A stretch of 64,000 nucleotides of DNA from Candidatus Eiseniibacteriota bacterium. GTDB taxonomy: Bacteria > Eisenbacteria > RBG-16-71-46 > CAZAMP01. How positions within the stretch are numbered: the first letter of the stretch is position 1; every line of letters begins with the position of its first letter. The position numbers and the translations under genes are program-made. Positions 38,672 through 48,093 of the stretch are shown piece after piece. The notes under the pieces are model-generated. The model was given only the letters and a program-made list of their open reading frames with translations. It had not been told where the DNA came from and searched no databases. The DNA lies in assembly GCA_965224245.1 (NCBI GenBank), contig OZ245046.1:544001-608000 (forward strand), in the 5' to 3' direction.

Positions 38672-39652
38672 TCAGTCCACCGGTGCGCCGGCGACGATGA
38701 GTCGGTCCACGGCCGACGTCACGTCGCGGAGCGCGACCGCGCCCGCCCCTCGGCCATCCGGCGCCACGATCGCGAGCGTCCCCGTTCGACGATGAAACCA
38801 CTCACCGACGCGCCCTGCTGCCCGTCCGTCCCAGTTGCCGAAGATCACGACGGTCGGACGATCCGACATCTGGGCCACGTGTCCGGGGGCGCAGTCGTTC
38901 GTGACCACGACGTCGCTGGCGCGGACGACCGCGGCGATCGTCGACAGCGGGGCCGAGCACACCGTCGATGAGATGCTCCCGAGCTCGGACGCGGCGATCT
39001 GGCCGGCCATGTGCGCCTCTCGAGGTCCGAGCACGAACACGAAGCGGATCCCGGGCTCCGTCGCCCGCCGATCCGCGCCGTACGCGAGGAACCGCTCGAG
39101 TCCCCAGTGCTTGCGGTCCTCGGAGCCGCACGGCATCAGGCAGTGGAGCGGACCCGCCGTGGGCGACGTCCACGAGCTCCTGCGGGCCAGCGCATCCACC
39201 GAGACCGGGATGCCGGCCCGGGGCACCGGGACCCCGAGGGGCTCGAGGACGTCCAGGAACGCGAGCGCCCGGTAGCGACTCTTGTCGAGCGGAACGGTGT
39301 GCGTGAAGAACAGGGCGTTGACTCGATGTGCGAACGCGACCCGCACGCGCGCACCGGTGAGGGCGAGCGGAATGTGGGTGCGCAGCGACTTGCGCCGGAA
39401 CGAGACCACCGCGTCTGGACGGCCGGCGACGAGTCGTCGCGTGAGCGCGATCGGGTCTCTCGTGTACACGTGATGCTCGTGGGCCACGCCGGCCTCCACG
39501 AGCGCCGCGCCGACCGTCGTCGTGGAGTGAAGCGTCACGTGGCACTCGGGATGGCGTTCGCGCAGGGCGTGGAGCATCGGCAGGTGCATGGACACCGCCC
39601 CCAGAAAGGGGCGGTTCTGCAGGACGACGGCGACGCGTCGGAGCCGCGTCAT
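38672..39652 (-). CDS. Glycosyltransferase family 9 (heptosyltransferase-like)
   Basis: LG......LP.LHALRERHP, PCGSEDRKHW, GPRE, VVTNDCAPGHVA, PTVVIFG. Confidence 0.82.
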   Translation of the reverse strand: MTRLRRVAVVLQNRPFLGAVSMHLPMLHALRERHPECHVTLHSTTTVGAALVEAGVAHEHHVYTRDPIALTRRLVAGRPDAVVSFRRKSLRTHIPLALTGARVRVAFAHRVNALFFTHTVPLDKSRYRALAFLDVLEPLGVPVPRAGIPVSVDALARRSSWTSPTAGPLHCLMPCGSEDRKHWGLERFLAYGADRRATEPGIRFVFVLGPREAHMAGQIAASELGSISSTVCSAPLSTIAAVVRASDVVVTNDCAPGHVAQMSDRPTVVIFGNWDGRAAGRVGEWFHRRTGTLAIVAPDGRGAGAVALRDVTSAVDRLIVAGAPVD

Positions 39653-39783
39653 GGCACTCCTCGATGATCCCGCCGGGCCGCGGGACGGTCGATGTGACGA
39701 TGTGATCGGAGCAAGCCGCCCGATGGTGGCATCTGCCGGTCGTCCCGGCAATCGCCCTGTCTCCGTGGCGCCGTCATCCGGGC

Positions 39784-39817
39784 AAACGAAGAGCCCCGGC
39801 GCGGTGGGCGCCGGGGC
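39784..39817 (-). terminator. Rho-independent terminator of the 39858-40574 gene
   Basis: 10-bp stem GCCCCGGCGC/GCGCCGGGGC (39793-39817) followed on the minus strand by TCTTCGTTT. Confidence 0.7.
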
Positions 39818-39857
39818 CGGCATCAGCGCTCTCCGAACCGGGGAGAGCCCGGACGGA

Positions 39858-40574
39858 TCAGTGGTCGTAGAGCGCCTTGATCGAGCCCCACGACGACTCG
39901 ATCGTGGGCGTGCCGATGACGCGGTTGCCGATGAACACCTTGGCGACGTCGCCTTCGATGAGGTCCACCGAGATGCACTCGCCCGTGGTCGACTCCCAGC
40001 CGTCCATCAACGTCTCGCAGACCTCGTAGACGCCGGGATCGATGAAGAACCAGCAGGCCACGCCGTCGGCGTCGGTGAGCTTGCACTCGAGGTCCTCGGG
40101 ACCGGTGCCGCACATCTCCCAGCCCGGAAGGAGCTCCTCGTCGCCCTTGTCGTACACGCCGTCGCCGTCCTCGTCGTGGATCTTGAACACACAAAGGCCA
40201 CCGGCCGCGACGAGATACCCGATCGCGCGCTCGGCGGACAGGACGGCACCGGTGCGGTAGTACTCGGCACGGTAGCGATAGACGCCCCACTCCGCGTCCG
40301 TCGGAATCCCCCACGTCATGTCGTGCGACATCTCGGTGGTCGATTCCCACGAGTAGACCGTCTCACCGGACGGGCTCATCACCCAGATTCGCAGCAGCTC
40401 GGGAGAGGTCCCATCGGGGTGGACGACGGCGCTGGCCTCGATCACGCCACCGGGGGCGAGATCGGCCGGGATGTGGCCGCTCGTGTCGACCTCGATCCAC
40501 GGCCGGGCAGTGGCCGCCGTCGCCGCTACGGAGAGTATCGAGAACGCGAGACCCAGGTTCCGATGCAAGCCCAT
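39858..40574 (-). CDS. Secreted protein with SdrD-B/Cna-B-like domain and C-terminal SWGSIKALY motif
   Basis: GGGAGG RBS; signal peptide; FKIHDEDGDGVYDKGDE..LPGW..TDADG..PGVYEV.E; ends TPTIESSWGSIKALYDH. Confidence 0.75.
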   Translation of the reverse strand: MGLHRNLGLAFSILSVAATAATARPWIEVDTSGHIPADLAPGGVIEASAVVHPDGTSPELLRIWVMSPSGETVYSWESTTEMSHDMTWGIPTDAEWGVYRYRAEYYRTGAVLSAERAIGYLVAAGGLCVFKIHDEDGDGVYDKGDEELLPGWEMCGTGPEDLECKLTDADGVACWFFIDPGVYEVCETLMDGWESTTGECISVDLIEGDVAKVFIGNRVIGTPTIESSWGSIKALYDH

Positions 40575-40924
40575 CGCAGCCTCCCCAGATGAATGCCGGC
40601 GGACCGACGAACGATCCGCGCCGACCGGCCGTGAAACCGCCGACCATGCACTCCGTCTCGTGCACGGCGAAGATCCGACGCCTGCATCATGGATTCTAGT
40701 CCCGGGCCTGCGATCCTCGTAATGGTTTCTTCACAAACGTCGGCGAACGCGGGTGAGATATGGACTTTTGAATGTACTCACGTGGCGGCCATCTCGGCCA
40801 GTCGTTTCGATTGTCGGCTCCGGTGGCGTGAGCCGGGTCCGACAACGCGCTGACCGAATGGCCGTCCATGGATTGTGGTTCATCGAGACCGACGTGGATG
40901 TCGGTGGCAAGCCTCGCGCCGGCG

Positions 40925-41344
40925 CTACCACCGACCGAGAGGCACCCGGATGCGACCCGGCCCGGTCAGGAGCAGCGCGACGTAGACCCCCAGAAGCTCG
41001 AGCGCGTGCGAGGCCCCCTTCCACCCGGCCCCTGACGCGTCCTCGGGCAGACTCAGGTGCCGGATGACGGCCACGAGCATCGTGAACGCGAGCATCGCCG
41101 CCGACGGTCGGAACAGAACGCCGAGCACCAGGAGGGCCGAGCAGACCACCTCGGCGAACATGGCCATGAAGCCCCAGAAGACCGGTGCGAACCGGATGCC
41201 GAGGTTCGCCATCTGGCCGCCCAGTCCTTCCCACCGCTCGGGACCTCCCTGGAGCTTGCCCCAGCCGTGAAAGACGAGCATCGACAGACCGATCACCAGC
41301 CTCAACACGAACAGACCGATGTCGCGGCGCCGGGCGTTCTCCAT
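40925..41344 (-). CDS. DoxX family membrane protein
   Basis: GLFVLRLVIG...HGWGKL, AEVV..LLVLG..R, LLLTGPGR; GGAGG RBS. Confidence 0.88.
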   Translation of the reverse strand: MENARRRDIGLFVLRLVIGLSMLVFHGWGKLQGGPERWEGLGGQMANLGIRFAPVFWGFMAMFAEVVCSALLVLGVLFRPSAAMLAFTMLVAVIRHLSLPEDASGAGWKGASHALELLGVYVALLLTGPGRIRVPLGRW

Positions 41345-41545
41345 GTGGTGTCCTCCAGGGGGCGTCGGGCCGGCGAGTGGACGCCGGCAATCGAATCGCG
41401 GACGGCGCCGGCCCGTTCGCGTCCGGACCGACCACCGAGTTCGGCGGAGTCTAGTCGGCACGGGTCACGGTGGCAAACGACGCCGCGCGAGACGGGTGTT
41501 GCGCGCGCTCGTACTTGCTTGTGTTCGACCGCGGTCCCGCGCACC

Positions 41546-42607
41546 ATGGCGGCCATGGAGCTTCTGGTACCGATGGCGATCGCCGCGATCGCGCTCGCGC
41601 TCGTCTTCGACTTCACGAACGGGTACAACGACTCCGGCAGCCTCGTGGCCACGATGGTGGCATCGAGGGCGCTGTCGGCTCGGCGGGCCGTCGTCCTGGC
41701 GGGCGTGTTCGAGTTCCTGGGGCCGATGCTGGGTGGAACGGCGGTCGCGAACACGGTCGGGAAGATCCTGATCCTGGACGCGACAGGCACGCTGGTCCCG
41801 GTCGTCCTGGCCGGGGTGTCCGCCGCGATCTTCTGGAACGTCATCACCTGGTACGTCGGCATCCCGTCCAGCTCATCGCACGCGATCTTCGGAGGGCTCG
41901 TCGGCGCGGCGCTCGTGGCCACCGGAGACGCCAGCGCCGTGGACTGGGGGATCGAAGGCTTCGACGCACGACATCCGCGTGGAGTCGCGGGTGTCGCGAT
42001 GACGCTGTTCGTGTCGCCGTTCGTGGGGTTCGCGATCGGGTTCGTGTTCCAGAAGGTCACCTCGCGGCTGCTGCGCGGCGCCACGCCACGCGCGAACCGG
42101 GTACTTCGCCGGCTGCAGCTCGTGACGGCATCGGCGCTGGCGTTCAGCCACGGCACCAACGACGCGCAGAAGACGATGGGCATCATCACGGTCGTGCTCG
42201 TGTCCGCGGGGTGGGCGACGGCCTTCGAGGTTCCGACCTGGGTCAAGCTGGGGGCGGCCACGATGATCGCGGCCGGTGCGATGACCGGTGGATGGCGGAT
42301 CATGAAGACCGTGGGATCGGGGATCTTCCGCGTGCGGCCGATTCACGGGTTCAGCTCCCAGGGGGCCTCGGCGGCCATCATCCTGTCCAGCGCGCTGCTC
42401 GGCGGTCCGGTGTCGACCGCGCACGTCGTGTCGTCGTCGGTGATGGGCGTCGGCAGCGCCGCCCGTCGGCGAGCCGTCCGCTGGGGCCGCGTCCGGGAGA
42501 TTCTCGTCACGTGGGCGATCACGATCCCGGCGAGCGCGGCGCTCGCCGGCCTCCTGTCGTGGTGGCTGAGGCTGGTGCTCGGAACACGAGGAGGCGCGGG
42601 TGTCTGA
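41546..42607 (+). CDS. pit: PiT-family inorganic phosphate transporter
   Basis: FDFTNGYND, GIPSSSSHA, HGTNDAQKTMG, GGWRIMKTVG, PVSTAH; start at 41546 or 41555. Confidence 0.92.
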   Translation: MAAMELLVPMAIAAIALALVFDFTNGYNDSGSLVATMVASRALSARRAVVLAGVFEFLGPMLGGTAVANTVGKILILDATGTLVPVVLAGVSAAIFWNVITWYVGIPSSSSHAIFGGLVGAALVATGDASAVDWGIEGFDARHPRGVAGVAMTLFVSPFVGFAIGFVFQKVTSRLLRGATPRANRVLRRLQLVTASALAFSHGTNDAQKTMGIITVVLVSAGWATAFEVPTWVKLGAATMIAAGAMTGGWRIMKTVGSGIFRVRPIHGFSSQGASAAIILSSALLGGPVSTAHVVSSSVMGVGSAARRRAVRWGRVREILVTWAITIPASAALAGLLSWWLRLVLGTRGGAGV

Positions 42608-43223
42608 GACGAGGTGGTGGCGGCGGCTGATCTCGTCGGAGCCGGACTTCTTCGCGCTGCTGTCGAAGCACGCATCCGTGGTGGATGAAGGCGTGAAGGC
42701 ACTCCATCGATACCTGAGCCAGCGAGACGAGCGCGACGCGATCCGCGTGCGCCAGCTCGAGAAGGATGCGGACGACCTCCGCCGCGAGCTGCGAGGCGAG
42801 ATCTTCGACGCGTTCTCGACCCCGATCGACCGGGAGGACCTGTTCTACCTGAGTCGGCGTCTGGACGAGGTCATCAACTACGCCAAGCACACGCTGAGAG
42901 ACGTGCAGATTCTCGACACGCCCACCACGAGCCTCACCCGGGAGATGTCCGCGGCGCTGGTCGAGGGCTCGGGGCACCTGCTGGAGGCGATCCGGCACCT
43001 CCCGGCCGCCGACGCCACCTGTCACCACCACGCCCGGGCGGCCAAGAACTGCGAGAACGACGTGACGAAGCTCTATCCGCGGGCGCTCAAGGCCCTCTTC
43101 GAGGGAGAGGACGTCAAGGAGATCCTCAAGCAGTGGGAGCTCCTTCGCAATCTGGACATGACGGCCGATCGCATCGACGAGGTCGCCGACGTGATCATGC
43201 ACATCGTCATCAAGGAGGCGTAG
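42600..43223 (+). CDS. DUF47 (PhoU-like) phosphate transport regulator
   Basis: LEKDADD, F.TPIDREDL..L...LDEV, E...D; overlaps the pit stop. Confidence 0.9.
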   Translation: MSETRWWRRLISSEPDFFALLSKHASVVDEGVKALHRYLSQRDERDAIRVRQLEKDADDLRRELRGEIFDAFSTPIDREDLFYLSRRLDEVINYAKHTLRDVQILDTPTTSLTREMSAALVEGSGHLLEAIRHLPAADATCHHHARAAKNCENDVTKLYPRALKALFEGEDVKEILKQWELLRNLDMTADRIDEVADVIMHIVIKEA

Positions 43224-43226
43224 CCG

Positions 43227-44912
43227 ATGGACGCGCTCGTCATGTCGTTGCAGATCGTCGGCGCCCTCGGGGTCTTTCTCTACGGTCTGACCGTGATGAG
43301 CGACGGACTCCAGAAGGCCGCCGGCGACGAGCTCCGAGCCATCCTGCGGAAGGCGACCGAGAACCGGTTCCTGGCCACGCTGTCGGGGTTTCTCGTGACC
43401 TGCGCCGTTCAGTCGTCCAGCGTGACCACCGTGATGGTGGTCGCGCTGTGCAGCGCCCAGCTCCTGACCTTGAGCCAGAGTCTCGGGGTGATCTTCGGCG
43501 CCAACATCGGCACGACGACGACGGCCTGGCTGGTCAGCCTCCTCGGCTTCAAGGTGAAGATCTCGGCGTTCGCGGTGCCGATGGTGGGGATCGGGTTCTT
43601 CTCGCGGTTCATCAAGCGATGGAGCCTGCCCCACAAGGTCGGGCAATCGATGGTCGGCTTCGGGTTGCTCTTCCTGGGCCTTCAGCTGCTGAAGGACGGG
43701 ATTCCCGACGTCAAGGACTCACCGGCCGTGATGGAGTGGATCGCCAGGATCGAGCCGAGCGGCTTCCTGGGGATCGTGAGCGCGATCCTGTTCGGCACCG
43801 TGATCACGCTGATCGTCCAGTCCTCGAGCGCCGCGATGGCCATCACGCTGACCGCCGCCGCCAAGGGATACATCGACTTTCCGACGGCGTGTGCGATCAC
43901 GCTGGGCGAGAACATCGGGACCACGATCACGGCCGCCCTGGCCTCGATCGGGGCGCCGCCGCTGGCCCGCCGGGCCGCTCTGGGGCACTTCCTGTTCAAC
44001 TTCCTGGGCGTCATCTGGCCGGTCGCGTTCTTCGGCGCCGTCGTCGGGGTCGTCGATCGCCTGGTGCCGGGCGACCCGTTCGGGACGAGCGAGTCCGCGA
44101 TGCTGCTGGCGATTCCCACCCACATCGCCGCGTTTCACACGTCGTTCAACGTGGTCAACACGGCGCTCTTTCTCCCGCTGGTCAAGCAGCTGGAGCGGCT
44201 GATCTGTCGGCTCCTGCCCGAGCGCGGCGATGCGGTGGTGGACGACCACGAGCTGGTCTATCTCACGACGCCGTTTGGTGCGACTCCGGAGCTGGCCATC
44301 CCGAGCGCCCGCCAGGAGGTCGATCGGATGGCCGGCATCACGCTGAAGATCATGGCACGCATCCGGCAGGCGCTGGTCGCGTCGGGTGCCGAGCGAACCC
44401 GGTTGCTCCAGAAGATCCAGGCTCACGAACGAGCGACCGACGTGCTGGAGCACAAGATCACCCATTATCTGGCGGCTCTCGTCCATGGTCAGCTCTCGTC
44501 GTCCGCCACGCGTTCGGCGCTCTCCCTGTTGAGCATGATCAACGATCTGGAGCGCATCGGTGATCACGGCGAGAAGTTCGCGCTCGTGCTGGAGCGACAG
44601 AACGGATCGATCACGTTTTCGGAGGAGGTCCTCGAGGAGCTTCAGGAGATGGCCGAGCTCACGGCGCTGAATCTCCAGGCGATGCGCCGGTCGATCCTCC
44701 ATCCGGAGGGGGACCCGCTCATCGCCGCGCGCGAGCGTGAGAACGCGCTCAACGACATGCGAAATCGGCTGCGCCGCGCCCATCTTCGCCGCATGGAGCA
44801 GGGCCGGGTCGATCCCGTCTCGGGGATCGCCTTCATGGACATCGTCACGGGCTTCGAGAAGATGGGTGATCACTCGTACAACGTGATCGAGGCCACGGTC
44901 GGACTCAAGTGA
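43227..44912 (+). CDS. Na+/Pi cotransporter with C-terminal PhoU domains
   Basis: QSSS and GANIGTT / QSSS and GENIGTT repeats; DLERIGDH, FEKMGDH. Confidence 0.92.
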   Translation: MDALVMSLQIVGALGVFLYGLTVMSDGLQKAAGDELRAILRKATENRFLATLSGFLVTCAVQSSSVTTVMVVALCSAQLLTLSQSLGVIFGANIGTTTTAWLVSLLGFKVKISAFAVPMVGIGFFSRFIKRWSLPHKVGQSMVGFGLLFLGLQLLKDGIPDVKDSPAVMEWIARIEPSGFLGIVSAILFGTVITLIVQSSSAAMAITLTAAAKGYIDFPTACAITLGENIGTTITAALASIGAPPLARRAALGHFLFNFLGVIWPVAFFGAVVGVVDRLVPGDPFGTSESAMLLAIPTHIAAFHTSFNVVNTALFLPLVKQLERLICRLLPERGDAVVDDHELVYLTTPFGATPELAIPSARQEVDRMAGITLKIMARIRQALVASGAERTRLLQKIQAHERATDVLEHKITHYLAALVHGQLSSSATRSALSLLSMINDLERIGDHGEKFALVLERQNGSITFSEEVLEELQEMAELTALNLQAMRRSILHPEGDPLIAARERENALNDMRNRLRRAHLRRMEQGRVDPVSGIAFMDIVTGFEKMGDHSYNVIEATVGLK

Positions 44913-44933
44913 CCGCACCCCGTCGGCGGCCGT

Positions 44934-45671
44934 TCACCGGCCTCCGGCGCTCGATCCGTCCTCGCCGACGTGGAGGAGCGTGCGCCAGCCGCCGAAGCCG
45001 TCCTCCTCGCGCGCCTCGACGAGCGGGTCGGGGATCCATCGCTCTCCGTCGATCACGATCTGGTACGCGTGGTCGCCGGGCTCGAGTCGGATCGTCACCT
45101 CCCACAGGCCGTCTCCGTCGGGGTCGGACATCACGTGCGTCGCCGCGTTCCAGCCGTCGAAGGTGCCCGCGACGGACACCGCGTTCACGTGCGGGCCGCG
45201 GGGCCGGTACCGAAAGACGACGTCGACGCCCGGCGGAGGCTCGTCGGCGCCGGGGCCGGCGCCGGCGTCGCCGACCGTGATCGGCTCCTCGCCGATCTCC
45301 ACCACCGAGTTCCGGCCGCCGAAGCCATCGTCGGTGAAGGCCGCCGCGGACTCGTCGGTGAACCAGTCCGTGCCGCCGACCACGAACTTGTACTGATGGG
45401 TGCCCGGCGAGATCCGGAGCGTGACCTCCCAGATGCCGTCCCCGTCCGGATCGGCCATCGGGCTGGCCCCGGGATTCCAGTCGTTGAACGTGCCCGCCAC
45501 GGTCACCGGGCCAGCGTCACCCGGCGGGCGGAAGCGAAAGCGGACGGACGTGAGCGCGTCATCGCCCCGGGCGGGTGTTCCCGCTGTCAGCAGAAGCGCC
45601 ACGAGCCCGGGAGCGACCCCGGCGCGCGCGAGCGCCCAGGCCGTCCGCGGGAGATCGAGTGCTCCGATCAT
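44934..45671 (-). CDS. Secreted protein with two CBM48/AMPK-type glycogen-binding domains
   Basis: Two repeats V.VAGTFN/D.WN....M.DPDGDG.WEVT..(I/L).PG.H.Y......W..D......DGFGG. Confidence 0.82.
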   Translation of the reverse strand: MIGALDLPRTAWALARAGVAPGLVALLLTAGTPARGDDALTSVRFRFRPPGDAGPVTVAGTFNDWNPGASPMADPDGDGIWEVTLRISPGTHQYKFVVGGTDWFTDESAAAFTDDGFGGRNSVVEIGEEPITVGDAGAGPGADEPPPGVDVVFRYRPRGPHVNAVSVAGTFDGWNAATHVMSDPDGDGLWEVTIRLEPGDHAYQIVIDGERWIPDPLVEAREEDGFGGWRTLLHVGEDGSSAGGR

Positions 45672-45812
45672 GGCTCGGCTCCAACCGGGGTGTGACGGGT
45701 CGCGGCCTCCGCGCTCGGGGGCGGAGCTGCCGCGTCCGACGAGGCCGCGGACGATTGCGATCGCGTCGGACTCCCTGCTAGCGTACGGCACCCACGACGA
45801 GGAGCCAACCGC

Positions 45813-47966
45813 GTGACGACCCGATCCCGACACGATCGAGCCCGACACCGACCGGACCGATCCCTCGCGCGGGACCGGTCGTCGAGCCGGCAGGGGAACC
45901 GGAGACGGCGCGGACGCCGGACCACCATCGCCGGCCTGGCACTGCTGACCGTCGTTGCGCATGCCGCAGGGGCGGATACCTCACGGACGGTGCGTTCACC
46001 CCACGATCGGATCGCGTTCACGCTGGAGCTCGACGCGGGGGGTCGACCGCACTACCGGATCACCCACGACGACGTCGTGATCGTCGATCGGTCGCGCCTC
46101 GGGTTCACGTTCCGGTCGATGACGCCGCTCGACCGCGGCCTCGAGATCGCGCGGGCCGACACGAGAGCGTCCGTGGAGACGTACGCACTGCCCTGGGGCG
46201 AGCGCCGGGACGTCGCCGCGCCGTTCACGGAGCTCACGCTGGAGCTCCGCGAGTCGGCACCTCCGGCCCGACGGATGACGATGACGGTGCGCGTGTTCGA
46301 CGACGGCGTGGGGTTCCGGTTCGCGTGGCCGCGTCAGGCAGGCATGGACGCGTTCGTGATCACCGACGAGCTCACCGAGTTCGTCCTGCCCGGGGATCCA
46401 CGCGCGTGGTGGATCCCGGCCTACGCCGGCAATCGCTACGAGTATCCCTACCGCGGGACGCGGCTGAGCGCGATCGCCGCCGACCGGACCGTCCGTGCGG
46501 TGCACACCCCGATCACGTTCGAGACCGAGGACGGTCGCTACGTCAGCGTTCACGAGGCGGCGCTGACCGACTACGCGGCGATGACGCTTCGCGTCGAGTC
46601 CGGCTCGGTGCTCGCGTGCGATCTCGTGCCGTGGTCGGACGGCTCCAAGGTCGTCGGGGCCACCCCGTTCCGGACGCCCTGGCGCACGATCCAGATCGCG
46701 GCCACGCCCGGGGAGCTGATCGAGTCGACGCTCGTGCTGAACCTGAACGAACCCTCGCGGCTGACCGACGTCGACTGGATCCATCCGGCCAAGTACGTGG
46801 GGATCTGGTGGTCGCTCCACATCGGCAAGGAGAGCTGGAAGACGGGACCCGACCACGGCGCCACCACCGAGAACGCATGTCGCTACATCGACTTCGCCGC
46901 CGAGAACGGCTTTCGCGGGGTTCTCGTCGAGGGCTGGAACGTGGGCTGGGACCAGGGCTGGCTGACCGAGGGCGTGTTCGACTACACGACCCCCACGCCC
47001 GACTACGACCTCGAGGAGGTGGCGCGCTACGCGCGCGAGCGAGGCGTCCACCTGATCGGCCATCTCGAGACCGGTGGCGACGTGCACGGGTTCGAGAGCC
47101 GCATGGACGCCGCGTTCGCGCAGTGTCGCCGGCTCGGCATCGACACGGTGAAGATGGGGTACGTCAGCCACGGGCAGGGGATCCGCCGCTACGACGAGTC
47201 CGGAGACCTGATCGCCAAGGAGTGGCAGCACGGCCAGTACATGGTCCGGCACTACCGGAAGATGGTCGAGCGCGCGGCCGAGTACGGGATCATGGTGAAC
47301 GTCCACGAGCCCATCAAGGACACCGGAATCCGGCGCACGTGGCCCAACCTGCTCACACGCGAGGGGGCCAGGGGACAGGAGTACAATGCCTGGAGCGAGG
47401 GAAACGCCCCCGAGCACACGACCATTCTGCCCTTCACCCGGCTTCTGGGTGCGCCGATGGACTACACGCCCGGCGTCTTCGACGTGATGATCGAGCCCTA
47501 CCGGCCGGACAACCGCGTGCACGCGACGATCGCCAAGCAGCTCGCGCTGTACGTCGTGATCTACAGTCCGCTTCAGATGGTCACCGATCTTCCGGAGCAC
47601 TACCGAGGTCATCCCGGATTCGGGTTCATCCGGGCCGTCCCCGTGGAGTGGGACGAGACGCGCGTGCTCAACGGCGCCATCGGTGACTACGTGACGATCG
47701 TCCGGCGCGAGCGCGGCGGAGACGAGTGGTATCTCGGGAGCATCACCGACGAGCACCCGCGCACCTTCGCCGTTCCGCTCCGATTCCTGGACCCCGGGAT
47801 GACCTACGTCGCGTCCGTTTACGGCGACGGCGACGGCGCGGACTACCGTTCGAACCCCACCCGGATGCGGATCACGCGCGAGTTCGTGACCGCCGACACG
47901 TTGCTCCGGATCGACCTGGCGCCGGGGGGTGGGCAGGCGATCCGCTTCCGACCGCTCGACGAGTGA
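45813..47966 (+). CDS. Glycoside hydrolase family 97 (SusB-like alpha-glucosidase)
   Basis: TPWRTIQI, KYVGIWW.LH, YIDFAA, LVEGWN.GW, HLET, NVHEPIK, REGARGQEY, PMDYTPG; start may lie further downstream. Confidence 0.92.
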   Translation: MTTRSRHDRARHRPDRSLARDRSSSRQGNRRRRGRRTTIAGLALLTVVAHAAGADTSRTVRSPHDRIAFTLELDAGGRPHYRITHDDVVIVDRSRLGFTFRSMTPLDRGLEIARADTRASVETYALPWGERRDVAAPFTELTLELRESAPPARRMTMTVRVFDDGVGFRFAWPRQAGMDAFVITDELTEFVLPGDPRAWWIPAYAGNRYEYPYRGTRLSAIAADRTVRAVHTPITFETEDGRYVSVHEAALTDYAAMTLRVESGSVLACDLVPWSDGSKVVGATPFRTPWRTIQIAATPGELIESTLVLNLNEPSRLTDVDWIHPAKYVGIWWSLHIGKESWKTGPDHGATTENACRYIDFAAENGFRGVLVEGWNVGWDQGWLTEGVFDYTTPTPDYDLEEVARYARERGVHLIGHLETGGDVHGFESRMDAAFAQCRRLGIDTVKMGYVSHGQGIRRYDESGDLIAKEWQHGQYMVRHYRKMVERAAEYGIMVNVHEPIKDTGIRRTWPNLLTREGARGQEYNAWSEGNAPEHTTILPFTRLLGAPMDYTPGVFDVMIEPYRPDNRVHATIAKQLALYVVIYSPLQMVTDLPEHYRGHPGFGFIRAVPVEWDETRVLNGAIGDYVTIVRRERGGDEWYLGSITDEHPRTFAVPLRFLDPGMTYVASVYGDGDGADYRSNPTRMRITREFVTADTLLRIDLAPGGGQAIRFRPLDE

Positions 47967-48093
47967 TCCGAGCTCGCCGACTCTCGGCGGCGTGCGGTAC
48001 CCTGGACGGGTCCATCGGTCGGCTCGAGAACGCGTGCTTCGCGCGCGGCGCTCGCTCGACCGTCGTCCCCGCCATCCACCAGGAGCCCCCGAC

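Noticed and set aside
40575-40924. Relatively AT-rich intergenic region as a possible ncRNA or Pho box
   Set aside because: No recognisable RNA motif or tandem Pho-box repeat; most likely the promoter region of the 39858-40574 gene
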